Of a stretch of DNA of 64,000 bases, positions 38,149-50,992 are shown one piece after another. How positions within the stretch are numbered: position 1 is the stretch's first letter; each line of letters opens with the position of its first letter. The DNA is from Octopus sinensis (Eukaryota): positions 106,516,001 through 106,580,000 of the forward strand of contig NC_043003.1 in assembly GCF_006345805.1 (NCBI RefSeq), in the 5' to 3' direction. Both the position numbers and the translations under genes were made by a program. The notes under the pieces are model-generated. The model searched no databases. It was not told the origin of the DNA and worked only from the letters and a program-made list of their open reading frames with translations.

Positions 38149-38235
38149 GGTGATGATTAGTTTTTTTTCAATTTTGTTTCCATTTCTTGCCAAGTGTCTT
38201 CCTGACACCTAGGACAGAGAAATTCACTGTACACC

Positions 38236-38533
38236 ACCATTATTTCTATTATTATTAGTAGTAGTATTATCATTACTATTATCACTACTGTTATTATTAC
38301 TACTACCACTATTGCTATTATTATTACAACTACCACTACTGCTATTATTATTACTACAACCACTACTATTATTATTATTACTACTGTTATTATTACCACT
38401 ATTATTATTATTATTATTACAACTACCACTACTACTATTATTATTATTACAACTACCACTACTACTACTATTATTATTACTACTGTTATTATTACCACTA
38501 CTATTATTATTATTATTGTTGTTGTTGTTGTTA
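38236..38533. repeat. Compound (TAT)/(TAC)/(TGT) tract
   Basis: Direct. Confidence 0.9.
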
Positions 38534-39071
38534 TCATACTTGCATACAGAAATAGTTCAACCATATGGTGGAAATATTGTGTTGCTAGGTATAGATAGAA
38601 GCAAGTACAATAATGCAGCTGATATGGAGAAGAGCAGAGACTAGAATGCCAACAACATCAATAGTAATTATTTAGCTGATACACTTCTTCTTGCACGACC
38701 AAACCATCTGAAATATTCAAGTCAGTTGAGAGGCCAACAGAGTGGATTCAATCTGCATCCAATGTAGATGATAATTTGATAAAGTAAGTGATGACTGGCA
38801 AATTAATAATAGTCGCTATCCACAGTTAACCCAAGAGCAATGTCCTGCAACATTATCATTCTTTCGTAGTTTACATGGCTCCCACTTCTCTCTCTCTCTC
38901 TTTCTTACACACACACACACACACACAGACACACACACACACACACACAACTATGTTTTAAGAAATGCAACGAGCAGGTTACTATGGAAATTAAATAACT
39001 ATCATTAAAGTTAGGTTATATCTACTGGGCTTCATAAGAGCAACAAAAAAACAAAAAAAAACAAGTATATA

Positions 39072-39073
<2 letters not shown>

Positions 39074-39114
<41 letters not shown>

Positions 39115-39205
39115 GTATGTGTGTGTATGTATGTGTGTGTGTGTGTGTGAGTGTGTGTGTATGTATGTGTGTGTATGTATATGAATGTACGTGTGTGTGT
39201 GTGTA

Positions 39206-39242
<37 letters not shown>

Positions 39243-39306
39243 ATGTATGTGTGTGAGTGTGTGTGTATGTATGTGTATGTATGTATGTGTGTATGTATGT
39301 GTATGT

Positions 39307-39346
<40 letters not shown>
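39074..39346. repeat. (TG)n/(TATG)n microsatellite
   Basis: Direct. Confidence 0.95.
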
Positions 39347-39347
<1 letters not shown>

Positions 39348-39898
39348 GGCAGACAGTAGAATTGGTAGAGTTCCAGAGAAACTATTTTATGCTATTTGGC
39401 TGCCTCTCTTTACAAGCCAAGTTCACATCCCATTCAAGTCTATTTTGCTTTTCATCTTCCCAAGGTTAATAAAATACTAGAGTTAATTTGATTGGCAATA
39501 CTCAAGAAGACAGAGCCCCAGCATGGCCACAATCTAATGACTAGAACCAAATGAGGAACACACACACATGCAGATCCCACACACGTACGCACACCCAATG
39601 ACTTCAATTACCTAAAAGACTACTTCCTTCATTTTTTTCTTTTTCAGTTTAATCCAATCACGATCGTTGCCGGTTACTTGGCCATAAATGGCAGAATGAC
39701 ATTTGAGTCTGTCTATCTTTTCCTAAAGTTCTACACTTCACAACACTGACTTTTTCTCAAAATGGTTAAAGTAAACAACCAAGAAACAGATGGGCACAAG
39801 ACAGAAATGGATAAAGTTAGAAAGCAGATAAGGTATAGCAATGCATGGTGATGGTGACTAGCATAGCATTACCAGACTACTATGCTACTCTTACTATA

Positions 39899-40685
39899 CC
39901 TATTTCTTTACTACCCACAAGGGGCTAAACACAGAGGGGACAAACAAGGAAAGACAAATGGATTAAGTCAATTATATCGACCCCAGTGCATAACTAGTAC
40001 TTATTTAATCGACCCCGAAAGGATGAAAGGCAAAGTTGACCTCGGCGGAATTTGAACTCAGAACGTAGTGGCAGACGAAATACCTATTTCTTTACTACCC
40101 ACAAGGGGCTAAACACAGAGAGGACAAACAAGGACAGATACACAGATTAAGTCAATTATATCGACCCCAGTGCATAACTGGTACTTAACTTATCGACCCC
40201 GAAAGGATGAAAGGCAAAGTCGACCTCGGCGGAATTTGAACTCAGAACGTAAAGACAGACGAAATACCTATTTCTTTACTACACACAAGGGGCTAAACAC
40301 AGAGAGGACAAACAAGGACAGACACACAGATTAAGTCGATTATATCGACCCCAGTGCGCAACTGGTACTTAACTTATCAACCCCGAAAGGATGAAAGACA
40401 AAGTCGACCTCGGCGGAATTTGAACTCAGAACGTAGTGGCAGACGAAATACCTATTTCTTTACTACCCACAAGGGGCTAAACACAGAGAGGACAAACAAG
40501 GACAGACACACAGATTAAGTCAATTATATTGACCCCAGTGCATAACTGGTACTTAACTTATCGACCCCGAAAGGATGAAAGGCAAAATCGACCTCGGCGG
40601 AATTTGAACTCAGAACGTAGCGGCAGACGAAATACCACAAAGCATTTCGCCTGGCGTGCTAACGTTTCTGCCAGCTCGGCGCCTT
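39899..40685 (-). mobile_element. SINE B tandem array: one head plus four 184-bp units
   Basis: CCTATTTCTTTACTAC at 39899/40083/40267/40451. Confidence 0.9.
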
Positions 40686-41410
40686 CCCTGCCAACAGAGA
40701 GACAGCAGGATCAAATTTTAAATTTAAACATCCAATTCCTTTACTCAAATTATTCCATAATCAAAGAGACAGAGACTTCTGGATTAACTAATGCATATAT
40801 GCAGTATATCAACTGCTGCTGTCGTTATAACAATTCTTTACTAGAGCTACTACAAGACTATCAGCAAACAACCTTCATTTTTTGGCAACCTGTTTAATAT
40901 CTACCATTAATGGGCATAAAAACGAAAATGTTTTGATCAATTCCTCCCCATCCACCATCATTTCCAGGTCATAAAAATTGCATTTGGAACAGATTGCATT
41001 TTATAAATGCTTCTTACTACAAGTTGCAGTAAAGCTAAAAGCTTAATGGATCTAATGGCCATGGTCTTGTCCTTAGGAAACAAAAATAGAGAAATACCTT
41101 CCATGATCATATGTTAATGACTCTACTTATCTTTTTATTTTTTTTTTCCTCCCTACTTCCATAAAAACATTCCATTCATATAAATTACATAAATTCTCAA
41201 TTGCTTGCATATATCAATTTATCTTTAGTATGCCGAGCCATAATGGGTGGGAGAAGGTTTTAAGTGACTAAAATACAACCCCCCCCAAAAAAAAACAAAC
41301 AAACTAAATTATCTTTTTGAAAGTCGAATTAACCCTATAACACATAAAGTATCAAATATGCAGTGAAAAACGAAAAAAAAAACAAAAAAAAAACAGTAAA
41401 ATCTAAAAAT

Positions 41411-41686
41411 TTAGGTGGAAAAGTTGAAAAGTTGCAACACCCACAAAGTATTATAATGCTTGTATGCAATAATAATGTTGTTGTTCAAACAAAGAATCCT
41501 TAAACTTGGTATAGCATTTGATTTGTCATTCTTTGGAAAATTTATTGTATTTGAAACATCAAGAATTATTAACAATTTGGCTTCAAGTAAGATTCTTAGC
41601 ATCTTCGTATTGTTCATTGTTGCAGTGGCTTGTGAAACGTTATATTTAATACTCATGGTTCTATATTGGATAAAATTATTTTCCAA
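41411..41686 (-). pseudogene. Possible decayed leucine-rich-repeat coding fragment
   Basis: PSLRILCLNNNII fits LxxLxLxxNxI; LIILDVSNT and LENNFI are partial LRR-like motifs. Confidence 0.3.
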
Positions 41687-41889
41687 TTAAAAAATAATAA
41701 TAACAACAATCCCCTCACACCTCATCTCTTTTAAATTGTGTGAGTGGGTGTATATAAGTGTATATACATCTGTGTATGTGGACGTATGTACATATATCTG
41801 TGTATGCATTCATGTCTATACTGTTCTAACTTTCCATCATTGAGATAGATGGTGGTGGTGGTGGGTTTACTGTGTTTATATTATTCACA

Positions 41890-42450
41890 CCATCATCATT
41901 TAACACCCATTTTCCATGCTGGCATGGGTTGGACTGTTTGACAGGAGCTGCACCAGGCTCCAACTGTCTGTTTTGGCATGGTTTCCACACGCCACCAGCA
42001 CAGGTGCTTTATTGGTGTTTTATACATGCCACCAGCACAAGTGCTTTATAATACATGCCACCAGCACAAGTGCTTTATATGTGCCACTAGCATGGGTGCT
42101 TTATATACATGCCACCAGCACAAGTGCTTTATAATACGTGCCACCAGCATGGGTGCTTTATATACATACCACCAGCACAAGTGCTTTATATATATGACAC
42201 CAGCACAAGTGCTTTATATATGTGCCACCAGCACAAGTGCTTTATATATGTGACACCAGCACGGGTGCTTTATATGTGACACCAGCACGGGTGCTTTATA
42301 TGTGACACCAGCACGGGTGCTTTATATATGTGACACCAGCACGGGTGCTTTATATGTGACACCAGCACGGGTGCTTTATATATGTGACACCAGCACGGGT
42401 GCTTTATATGTGACACCAGCACGGGTGCTTTATATATGTGACACCAGCAC
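41890..42450 (-). repeat. Family C copy with a 27-31-bp minisatellite expansion
   Basis: About 15 units of CACCAGCAC(GG/AA)GTGCTTTATA(TA)TGTG(A/C) following a family C tail. Confidence 0.85.
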
Positions 42451-43865
42451 CATACACAATACATCATTTTCCCTATTCCTATTTCTTTTCATCTGGTACA
42501 ATAGTATTTTTTTTTTTGTCTTTTTACAGAGAAATAATTATTTAATGTTCAATGAAAAAAATACTTATAGAATAAAATAGAATATCTAACTTCTACTGGT
42601 TTTGAACTCTCACTCTGGCTATGAGACACAAACACTTTCACACATGCATTTACACAGGATAGACTTTTAGTTTCCACCTAATCCACTCACAGGGTGTTGG
42701 CTGGCTTGAGACATTTGTGGAAGACACCTGCCCGAGGTGCCAAGTCTGTGCTTATTTCCTCTCCCAAATGAAAAGTAAGCTTTTATACAAAAAGGAAAAC
42801 AGGAAAACGTAAATGATACACCATGTGAATAAAAGATAAAAAGAGTACAAGAGTGCTATATGGATACGTGATATCTCCATAGATATCACTTTTAGAGAGT
42901 ACAAGCCAAATGGGGGGGAGCATCTATGTGGTTACTCGACTACCTAGAAACAGCAGCCAACTCTTTCTCAATACATTAGTTTTGAAAAATGGGAAGGACA
43001 TACTGAATATCAAGATGGTGATGATTAGAACGGTTTTGCTTACAGGTCAACTTAATCATGTCTGACCAGGGGTTAAACAACAGCAATTTCATGTAATATG
43101 TTGAAGGGCCAAAAGCCAAGTGAAATGAAATGACCCAGACAGGAATTTAAACCAGTGTTGCAGAACTTGGTTCACCAGGTACTTTCTATTCTGTTGGCCT
43201 AAGAAAATCTACCCAAAACCTACTACTACATATATTAAATGGAAAAAAGAAAAAAAAAGAAAAAGAAAACTGCAAACTAAAAGAAAAGGAAACACAAACA
43301 CACACAAGAAAAATAAGATACAAACCTATCTTAGCTACTCTGATTTCTTGTACAAGTTCCAAGAAGGAAGGTTGAAGTGTATCTTAAGTTGCATGATATA
43401 TACATATACACACATATATATATATACATTTCAACATACATATATATATATACACACACACACACACCACACACACATATATGTATTTATTACCCCAATC
43501 ACCATCACAATCATTGTTTTTATGCCCTTCCCCTAGCCTCATAATTGGGTTGAGCAAGTCTCAAAGAGTCTTACATACTTTGCAATGTAATGGGTATATT
43601 TTTATATAGTTATCATGCCGCCAACACATGAAAGAGGTTGGCTATAGCAGAAATAAATGCTTTCTTCTGCCCAGAATCAGTTTTTTTAAGAATTTACTTC
43701 CCTCCCAGACAAGTTGCCTGTGATGTGGTTTGTTGAATCAACATCTCTTTCACACATTCTGTCCTCTCGTTTTTGCTTTTTTTTTTTGCCGTTTTCTTTG
43801 GCACGGCTCTTTATGATTGGATACCCTTCTTATCACCAAATGCTTCACACTCTGCACATTTTATC

Positions 43866-44077
43866 TATTTCTTTACTACCCACAAGGGGCTAAACACAGA
43901 GGGGACAAACAAGGACAGACAAATGAATTAAGTCGATCACATCGACTCCAGTGCGTAACTGGTACTTAATTTATCGACCCCGAAAGGATGAAAGGCAAAG
44001 TCGACCTCGGCGGAATTTGAACTCAGAATGTAACGGCAGACGAAATACGTTCTGAGTTCAAATTCCACCGAGGTCGA
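43866..44077 (-). mobile_element. SINE B, 5'-truncated with short 5' inversion
   Basis: Minus copy to 44048, then plus-strand CGTTCTGAGTTCAAATTCCACCGAGGTCGA. Confidence 0.85.
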
Positions 44078-44864
44078 ATCGTACCTCCATAGATGTTGGA
44101 ATTTCAGTTTTGCAAACTGAACAGAAATAATGCACAGACAGGAAAGACCGATAATGTCTTACAACGTAATAGTGATAAAATATACTTTTGTGTGTGTGTG
44201 TGTGTGTGCGCACACACACAGAATCATTATCATCATCATCATTTAATGTCTGTTTTCCATGCTGGCATGGGTTGGATGGTTTGACAGGAACTGAGAAACC
44301 AGAGAAGTATGACAAGCTCCAACGTCTGCTTTGCCTGATATTGTGCGTGTACATGTGTACACACACACACACAGAGGCACACACATGCACGCGCACACAC
44401 ACACATGCACGCACACACACACACATCAAACTTTGCTCCTACACAAAATGAACATTTTATCGCCTCAATCATTAGTCTTAAAAATCATCATCATCATCAT
44501 CATCATACAGTCAAATCCTTTTACACAATTTTGTTGACATCTACCACAAATCTCAAATCAAAATAACATTTTTAGTTTATAAAGAAATAATTATACAGCA
44601 ACTGAGTCAAAGCACACACACACACACACACACCACACACACAAATACACTAAAATCTGTGGTACTGTAGACAAACCTGCTTTAAGCAATCCACAGTCTA
44701 AAAAAAAAAAAAAAAAGAAAGAAAGAAAGAAAGAAAGCTAATAAATTGTATTTATGGATAGACGGGCTATTATGGAAACATAAAAAGAATTTTAAAAAAA
44801 TAAAATAAATAAGTCAATAATCAGAATGAATTGAACAGAAACTGTTGGTAAATCAATAATTTAC

Positions 44865-44879
44865 CTCTGTAACAGCTGG
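44865..44879 (-). other. Candidate 15-nt microexon
   Basis: Long AG-free pyrimidine tract with CTAAT/TTAAC, then CTTCTAG|CCAGCTGTTACAGAG|GTAAAT. Confidence 0.4.
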
Positions 44880-45666
44880 CTAGAAGTGAAGGCGTTAAAT
44901 GAGAGTTGTAGAAATATTAGTTTGGTAAGTAGGGAGGAGGAAGAGGAGGAGGGGAGGATCTAGTAGGAGAGGAGGAAATATAATAAGTCTATCATCCAAT
45001 TTCATTGTTCTCACTGAGATGTTTCTTTCCAATAAATAAACAAAGACTATTATTTCAACACTTTTTTCCTCAACACCATTCGGTTCTCATTGTATAAATA
45101 TACACAGCAGGTCCTCCTCTGCATCAATATAGCAAAAACCCCTTCTTACTTACACACACACACACACAAACATACCTCTATAAGTGTGTGTGTGTGTGTG
45201 TGTATTGGTTTGTTTTGTAACAGATCAATACGAAGATTAGGCAAAAAGAAACACATGCAAGAGTCTTGCAACAACTTGTGCTTTTATATCTCATAAACAG
45301 ATTTACATTCCATCAAGCTTAGCTTCGTATACTATGTCTGTGCAGATGTGCAGATGTAGAAGGAGATGGCGGGGGTGGGGGTGTGTGGGGTGGGGGGCTT
45401 CCATGTTCAAAGTAAACACGAAAGAACAGAGCTAGAAAAAAAACTTCCAAATGTATTAGGTGTTATATTTTCATCAAAATAATTCTTCCCCCCACCCCCC
45501 TCTTCTAAATGTGATTATAAAATACAATATCTTTCCAGTTTTGCAGGGGTCAGAAAACATCTTCTGTAGAAAGATACAAAGTACAATACACACACACACA
45601 CACACAAATGCACTAAGATATCAGTACACGCATATACACACAGGCAGACAATATATATATATATAT

Positions 45667-45706
<40 letters not shown>

Positions 45707-46137
45707 ATATATATATATATGTATATATATATGTATGTATATATATTTTAATACATAAATACACAAACATACATAAATTTATACAGATTAACACATATAT
45801 ACACAAATACACATATGTATTAATACATGCACCCAAACACATACACACACAAATATATGCAAATATTTGCACACAGTGCTATACACACAAATATTGTATT
45901 AGCATATATATATATAAGAATTAAAATGTAGGACAAGAGATGGAACGAACCGACGAATCGATATATATATATATACACACACACACACATACTAATACAA
46001 ACATTATATACACATACAAATAGTTTTATTTCTGCTGTTCATGCATATGTGCACATAAACTTATGTGCAAATGTAGAAATAAATGCACCAATGGGCAGCA
46101 GTCATCCAGTGTAAGCGAGTGCACATGTATATTCCTA

Positions 46138-46700
46138 TTTTTACTTGTTTCAGTCATTTGACGGTGGCCATGCTGGAGTACTGCCTTTAGTCAAAGAAAT
46201 CGACCTGTGGACGTGTTCTTTGTAAGCCTAGTACTTATTCTATCAATCTCTTTTACTGAACCACTAAGTAACGGAGACATAAACACACCAACACTGGTTA
46301 TCAAGTGATGGGGGAGACACACAGACACACAAACACATATATATGTATGAGTGTGTGTGTGTATATGTTTGTGTGTCTGCCTTTGTCCCCACCCCCACCC
46401 CAACATCGCTTGACAACTGATGCTGGTGTGTTTACGTCCCCATAACATAGCAGTTCAGCAAAAGAGACCAATAGAATAAGTACTAGGCTTACAAAAATAA
46501 GTCCTGGGGTAGATATGCTTGACTAAAGGTGGTGCACCAGCATGGCCACAGTCAAATGACTGAAACAAGTAAAAGAGAAAAGAATATGATGATCTACTTT
46601 CAGTTTCTGTGTACCAAATCCACTCACAAGGTTTGAGGCTATAGCAGAAGACACTTGCCCAAGGTACCACACAGTGGGACTGAACCCGGAACCATGTGAT
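46138..46700. mobile_element. Rearranged SINE A: minus 3' half, plus 3' half, minus 5' half
   Basis: 46138-46340 is the approximate reverse complement of 46345-46580. Confidence 0.8.
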
Positions 46701-47205
46701 GAGGTAATGAATGTGTGACGTTCCGTATGGAGGTAGTTAACAGCAGGTTTAAGTGGCTTTCATTAACAGAGCCCAACAGATGACAGACAGTAGCTGACAG
46801 GATTTCTCCTTCCCTTCTGTTCCCTTCTCCTCAACCCACCAACATTTCACTCTTTACTGTTCACACAGCAAATTAACAGCAAAAACCACAAACAAGCAAC
46901 AAGCAAGCCAGCCAGACAACAAAGCAGTCGGGGAAACTTCTAGATATGTTCTCATTCAACCAGCTTCATATAGCAAGTGAAATCACTTTCCAACAAAGAC
47001 CCCCACCCCCCAATTATGATAACAAGGTGGAGGAAGGAGCATGTGGGAAACCATAGATCTTTTTTTTTTTAATCTTTGAATAGCAGGGACCAAAGAAAGT
47101 CAAGATATCCATGAACTCAAAGTCGGATTGCTAAACAAAGGAACCTCTATACAGTTTCTAGATTTGCAAAAATAGCAACTAAATTTTCCTTAAACTGCAA
47201 CTTAA

Positions 47206-48028
47206 CATTGGACAGTTATGTGTCCTCATCTTGTTTGTTGTTAACATAACGTTTCAGCTGATATACCCTCCAGCCTTCATCAGGTATCTTGGAGAAATTT
47301 CAAACCTGATGAAGGGTGGAGGGTATATCAACCGAAACGTTGTGTTAACAACAAACAAGATGAGGACAAATATCTGCCAAATGTAAATAATGTACATAAT
47401 TCCTGATCTCTTAAATATAGAACTGTATTATCTAATCAGTACGGAGCTGACATTAGACTTCAATGGAGACATATTGCGAAACTCCAACAAAAACTAGCTC
47501 GTCTTTCAAACCATCTAACTTTCCTGTGTAGATGTAGGGGCTCAAAGCTAATACAACCTGGCTTGAATATAAAGACATCAGTGGATTTATATAAAGATAG
47601 AAGAGTAGTGGTAAAGGCAGGACATGCCCTCGCCCATGAGAGGATTCATTACAACCGTTGGAAAAAACATCAACTAAACAATGAAATCAAAGAGAGGTTA
47701 TCTTCATTACTTAGGAAAACAGCCAGTGATGGTGATAGAGAATTCAACAAGATCTAGAAATGTCATACATGAAAGAATTTGAAATTGTGAAGACATGCCA
47801 AATTAAGAAGTTTATGAAACTCAAAGGTCAGAGAATGAAGACTGAAGCCCGTTACCCACCTGTGAAAGCAGTAATTAATGAAAATGAGAACCTAGGTTCG
47901 AAATTTCCCCAAGATACCTGATGAAGGGTGGAGGGTATATCAGCTGAAACATCGTGTTAACAGCAAACAAGATGAGGACAAATATCCATCAAATGTAAAT
48001 AATTCCTCATCTCTTAGATATAGAACTG
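47206..48028 (+). mobile_element. Internally deleted Penelope-like element (inverted partial pLTR + pLTR + ORF N-terminus + pLTR)
   Basis: QYGADIRLQWRHIAKLQQKLARLSNHLTFLCRCRGSKLIQPGL...QIKKFMKL...AVIN resembles the PLE N-terminus; three CTGATGA...GAAAC motifs; TSD TGCAACTTAA at 47196-47205 and 48029-48038. Confidence 0.8.
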
Positions 48029-48400
48029 TGCAACTTAATGTCTTAAGAAAAAAAAAGTAAACATTGGATAATGCAGTTCCAAATATAGCAAAAGACATGA
48101 TGGTCATGTCTAGAATTTAGATAAAACTTGATCTAACAGAACAAAGGCTGGTTGATGACAACTGAAAGCCATGATTTAATCCAACTGGGTCTCATTTCTT
48201 TCAAGAACATTTCAAGTTAAAATAAAACTGAAGAAGTACTTTCATTCTTTTACTGGTTTTAGTCACTGAACTGTGGCCATGCTGGGGCAGTACCTTCAAG
48301 ATTTTGTTGACCATACCAACCCCAGGACTTCTAGGATTCCTATAGCTTTATACTGACCTGCACATAGTGAATAGAATTGGTAGACAGAAATTGAGAATCT

Positions 48401-48445
<45 letters not shown>

Positions 48446-48992
48446 GCCTCCTTGCCTAGACTTAATGTGATAGTTGTAAACAAATGCTATCGTCGAGCAG
48501 TGTCCATTTCCAGTCTTCTGTGAAAACATGATCGTGGAGAAATATTACCTTATTTGGAAGACAGGTGAGGGTTGGTGGCAGGAAGGGCATCCAGCTGAGG
48601 AACATATTCTCCTAAACAAATTGCATCCAACCATGCAAATGTGGAAAAGTGGATGTTAAAACGGTGATGATGATGATGATGATAAATCATAACAGAGTGT
48701 TACTAAAAATATTACATTGAACAATTAAATCTACAAGAATTTCTCTTGTAAAGGTAAATAGCATGTGGTTCAGCAGAGCCAGCCATGCCCAGGTAGATTT
48801 AAAAAGATTCTGTCTGTTCAATCCAGTTGGCTGTAATCTGTGATTAAGTTTCTGTGAAACAAAGATAAGACTTCTACCTGCTTTTGTTAACTCAATAATA
48901 TGTGGCTTCTAAAACCAAATTGTCTTACATATTCTTTTTCTTTCTCTCTGTAACAACATTTGATAAAAACATCAGACACCTTGGCATATATA

Positions 48993-49378
48993 TGGCTGTG
49001 TGGTAAGTAGCTTGTCTACCAACCGCATGGTTCCGGGTTCAGTCCCACTGCGTGGCACCTTGGGTAAGTGTCTTCTACTATAGCCTCGGGCCGACCAAAG
49101 TCTTTGAGTGGATTTGGTAGATGGAAACTGAAAGAAGCCCGCCGTATATATATATATATGCGTTTGTATGTGTGTGTCTGTGATTGTCCCCTAGCATTGC
49201 TTGACAACCGATGCTGGTGTGTTTATGCCCCCATCACTTAGCGGTTCGGCAAAAGAGACCGATAGAATAAGTACTGGGCTTACAAAAGAATAAGTCCCGG
49301 GGTCGAGTTGCTCGATTAAAGGCGGTGCTCCAGCATGGCCGCAGTCAAATGACTGAAACAAGTAAAAGAGTAAAAGAT
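48993..49378 (+). mobile_element. SINE A
   Basis: Homology to family A. Confidence 0.9.
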
Positions 49379-49396
49379 ATATATATATATATTACA

Positions 49397-49597
49397 GAGA
49401 GGTACTTGCATAGCAAGTGATTTGATCTGAGATCGTGTGCTGGAACGAAAGCAATTGCCGCGTGGAAGGTGTTTATAAGCCATTTAAGAAACACACAAAA
49501 GCCGTTCGATCCACTTCAACATTTAAGTTTAATTTGTCAAAATATTTTCGTCGCTAAATATTTTGTTCACTGACAAAAATCCGTGCTGCATCTCTGG
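49397..49597 (-). mobile_element. Probable PLE terminal-repeat family 3 with variant HHR (49533-49577)
   Basis: Homologous to 59192-59381; UUUGUCA-GUGAACA...GCGAC-GAA-AAUAUU-U-UGACAAA. Confidence 0.6.
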
Positions 49598-49883
49598 TTA
49601 TACACATACAATTTATATATGTTATTATTATTTTTTTTTTTGGAATTTACTTAATCTTTTACATTTTATTGTTATTTTAACGTTAATATTTCTATTATAT
49701 GTAATTTTCTAGATGGTGTAATTGAATTGTTCATTTTGAATTGATAAGAGGTGTTTTTTTTCTAATTTTTTATATATATATTATATTGTGTGAAATTTGA
49801 TTTAGTATTTCTAAATTGAATTTTTTTTTCCTTGTAAGTTTTGGATTTTATTCCCTCAAATATTAATAATTATATATACATAC

Positions 49884-50098
49884 ATATTAGAAGAAATGAG
49901 GTACTCAGAAATCTGGATGGTTTTATATTTACAGATATTTATTAGCGCTTTTGTCCACTCTAGTGGAGTCTAGACTCCACTAGAGTGGACGAAAGCACTA
50001 ATATGTGATATATGAATTATAAAAACATGTAACAAACAAATAAATCTCTGTAAATATAAAACCATCCAGATTTCTGAGTACCTCATTTCTTCTAATAT
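49884..50098. mobile_element. Fold-back inverted repeat with central ~60-bp near-perfect palindrome; HHR 3'-half-like
   Basis: Outer arms 49884-49940 and 50040-50098; centre 49941-50002. Confidence 0.75.
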
Positions 50099-50208
50099 AT
50101 AATACCTGGACATCATCTCCAAACATTCTAATATATATGCATGCCAAATTATAAGACTAAATATTTCACAATAGATATTTGACTGGACCCAATTTATATG
50201 AAATTAGT

Positions 50209-50535
50209 AGTGGCTGTGTGGTAAGTAGCTTGCTTACCAACCACTTGGTTCTGGCTTCAATCCCTTTGCATGGCACCTTGGGCAAGTGTCTTCTGCTATA
50301 GCCTTGGGCTGACTAAAGCCTTGGATTTAGTAGATGGAAACTGAAAGAATCCCATCATGTGTGTGTGTGTCCTACTACCACTTGATGACTAGTGTTGATG
50401 TGTTTACGTCACCATAACTTAGTGGTTTGGCAAAAGAGACTGGTAAAACAAGTAGTAAGCTTAAAAAGAATAAGTACTGGGGTCACTTTGTTCAATTAAA
50501 ATTCCTCATAATGCTCCAGTATGGTTGCAGTCTAA
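50209..50535 (+). mobile_element. SINE A, diverged
   Basis: Homology to family A. Confidence 0.8.
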
Positions 50536-50992
50536 TGACTGAAATAAGTGAAAGATATGTTGGCGGCTGGAAAAGAATTTTGATCCAAAAGACCTATAAT
50601 CAAAGCCATGTGAGTTGTACCCCAGATACATTACCCAAACTTCTCTTCTTCTCAAGATAGAGTGAGGTTTGAAGACTAAGCTGCTACATCTAGCAAATCA
50701 AATGATTAGATTTCCTGAGGAAATACTGTATTTATTGGTGGAGCAGAAGGAAATTGTCATTTTTAATAATTGATAAATTGTAAGAATGAAGAGAGGAAAT
50801 ATCCTATAAATTTTTTTCTGGAATGATATTACCATTTATTTTTAAGAGGTGACAAAGTAACTCTCAACATTTATATTTCATAGCAGCAGTTGTTTTAACT
50901 TTAGCCATTAAATGTCTTGTTGAAGAACGTGGAGAATGAGACTTATGGAGTTTCAAATGGTGAGGCCTGAAATAATTCATCATAATTCAATA

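Noticed and set aside
39899-40685. Regularly spaced repeats as a CRISPR array
   Set aside because: Units are wholly repeated with no unique spacers, no cas genes, eukaryotic context
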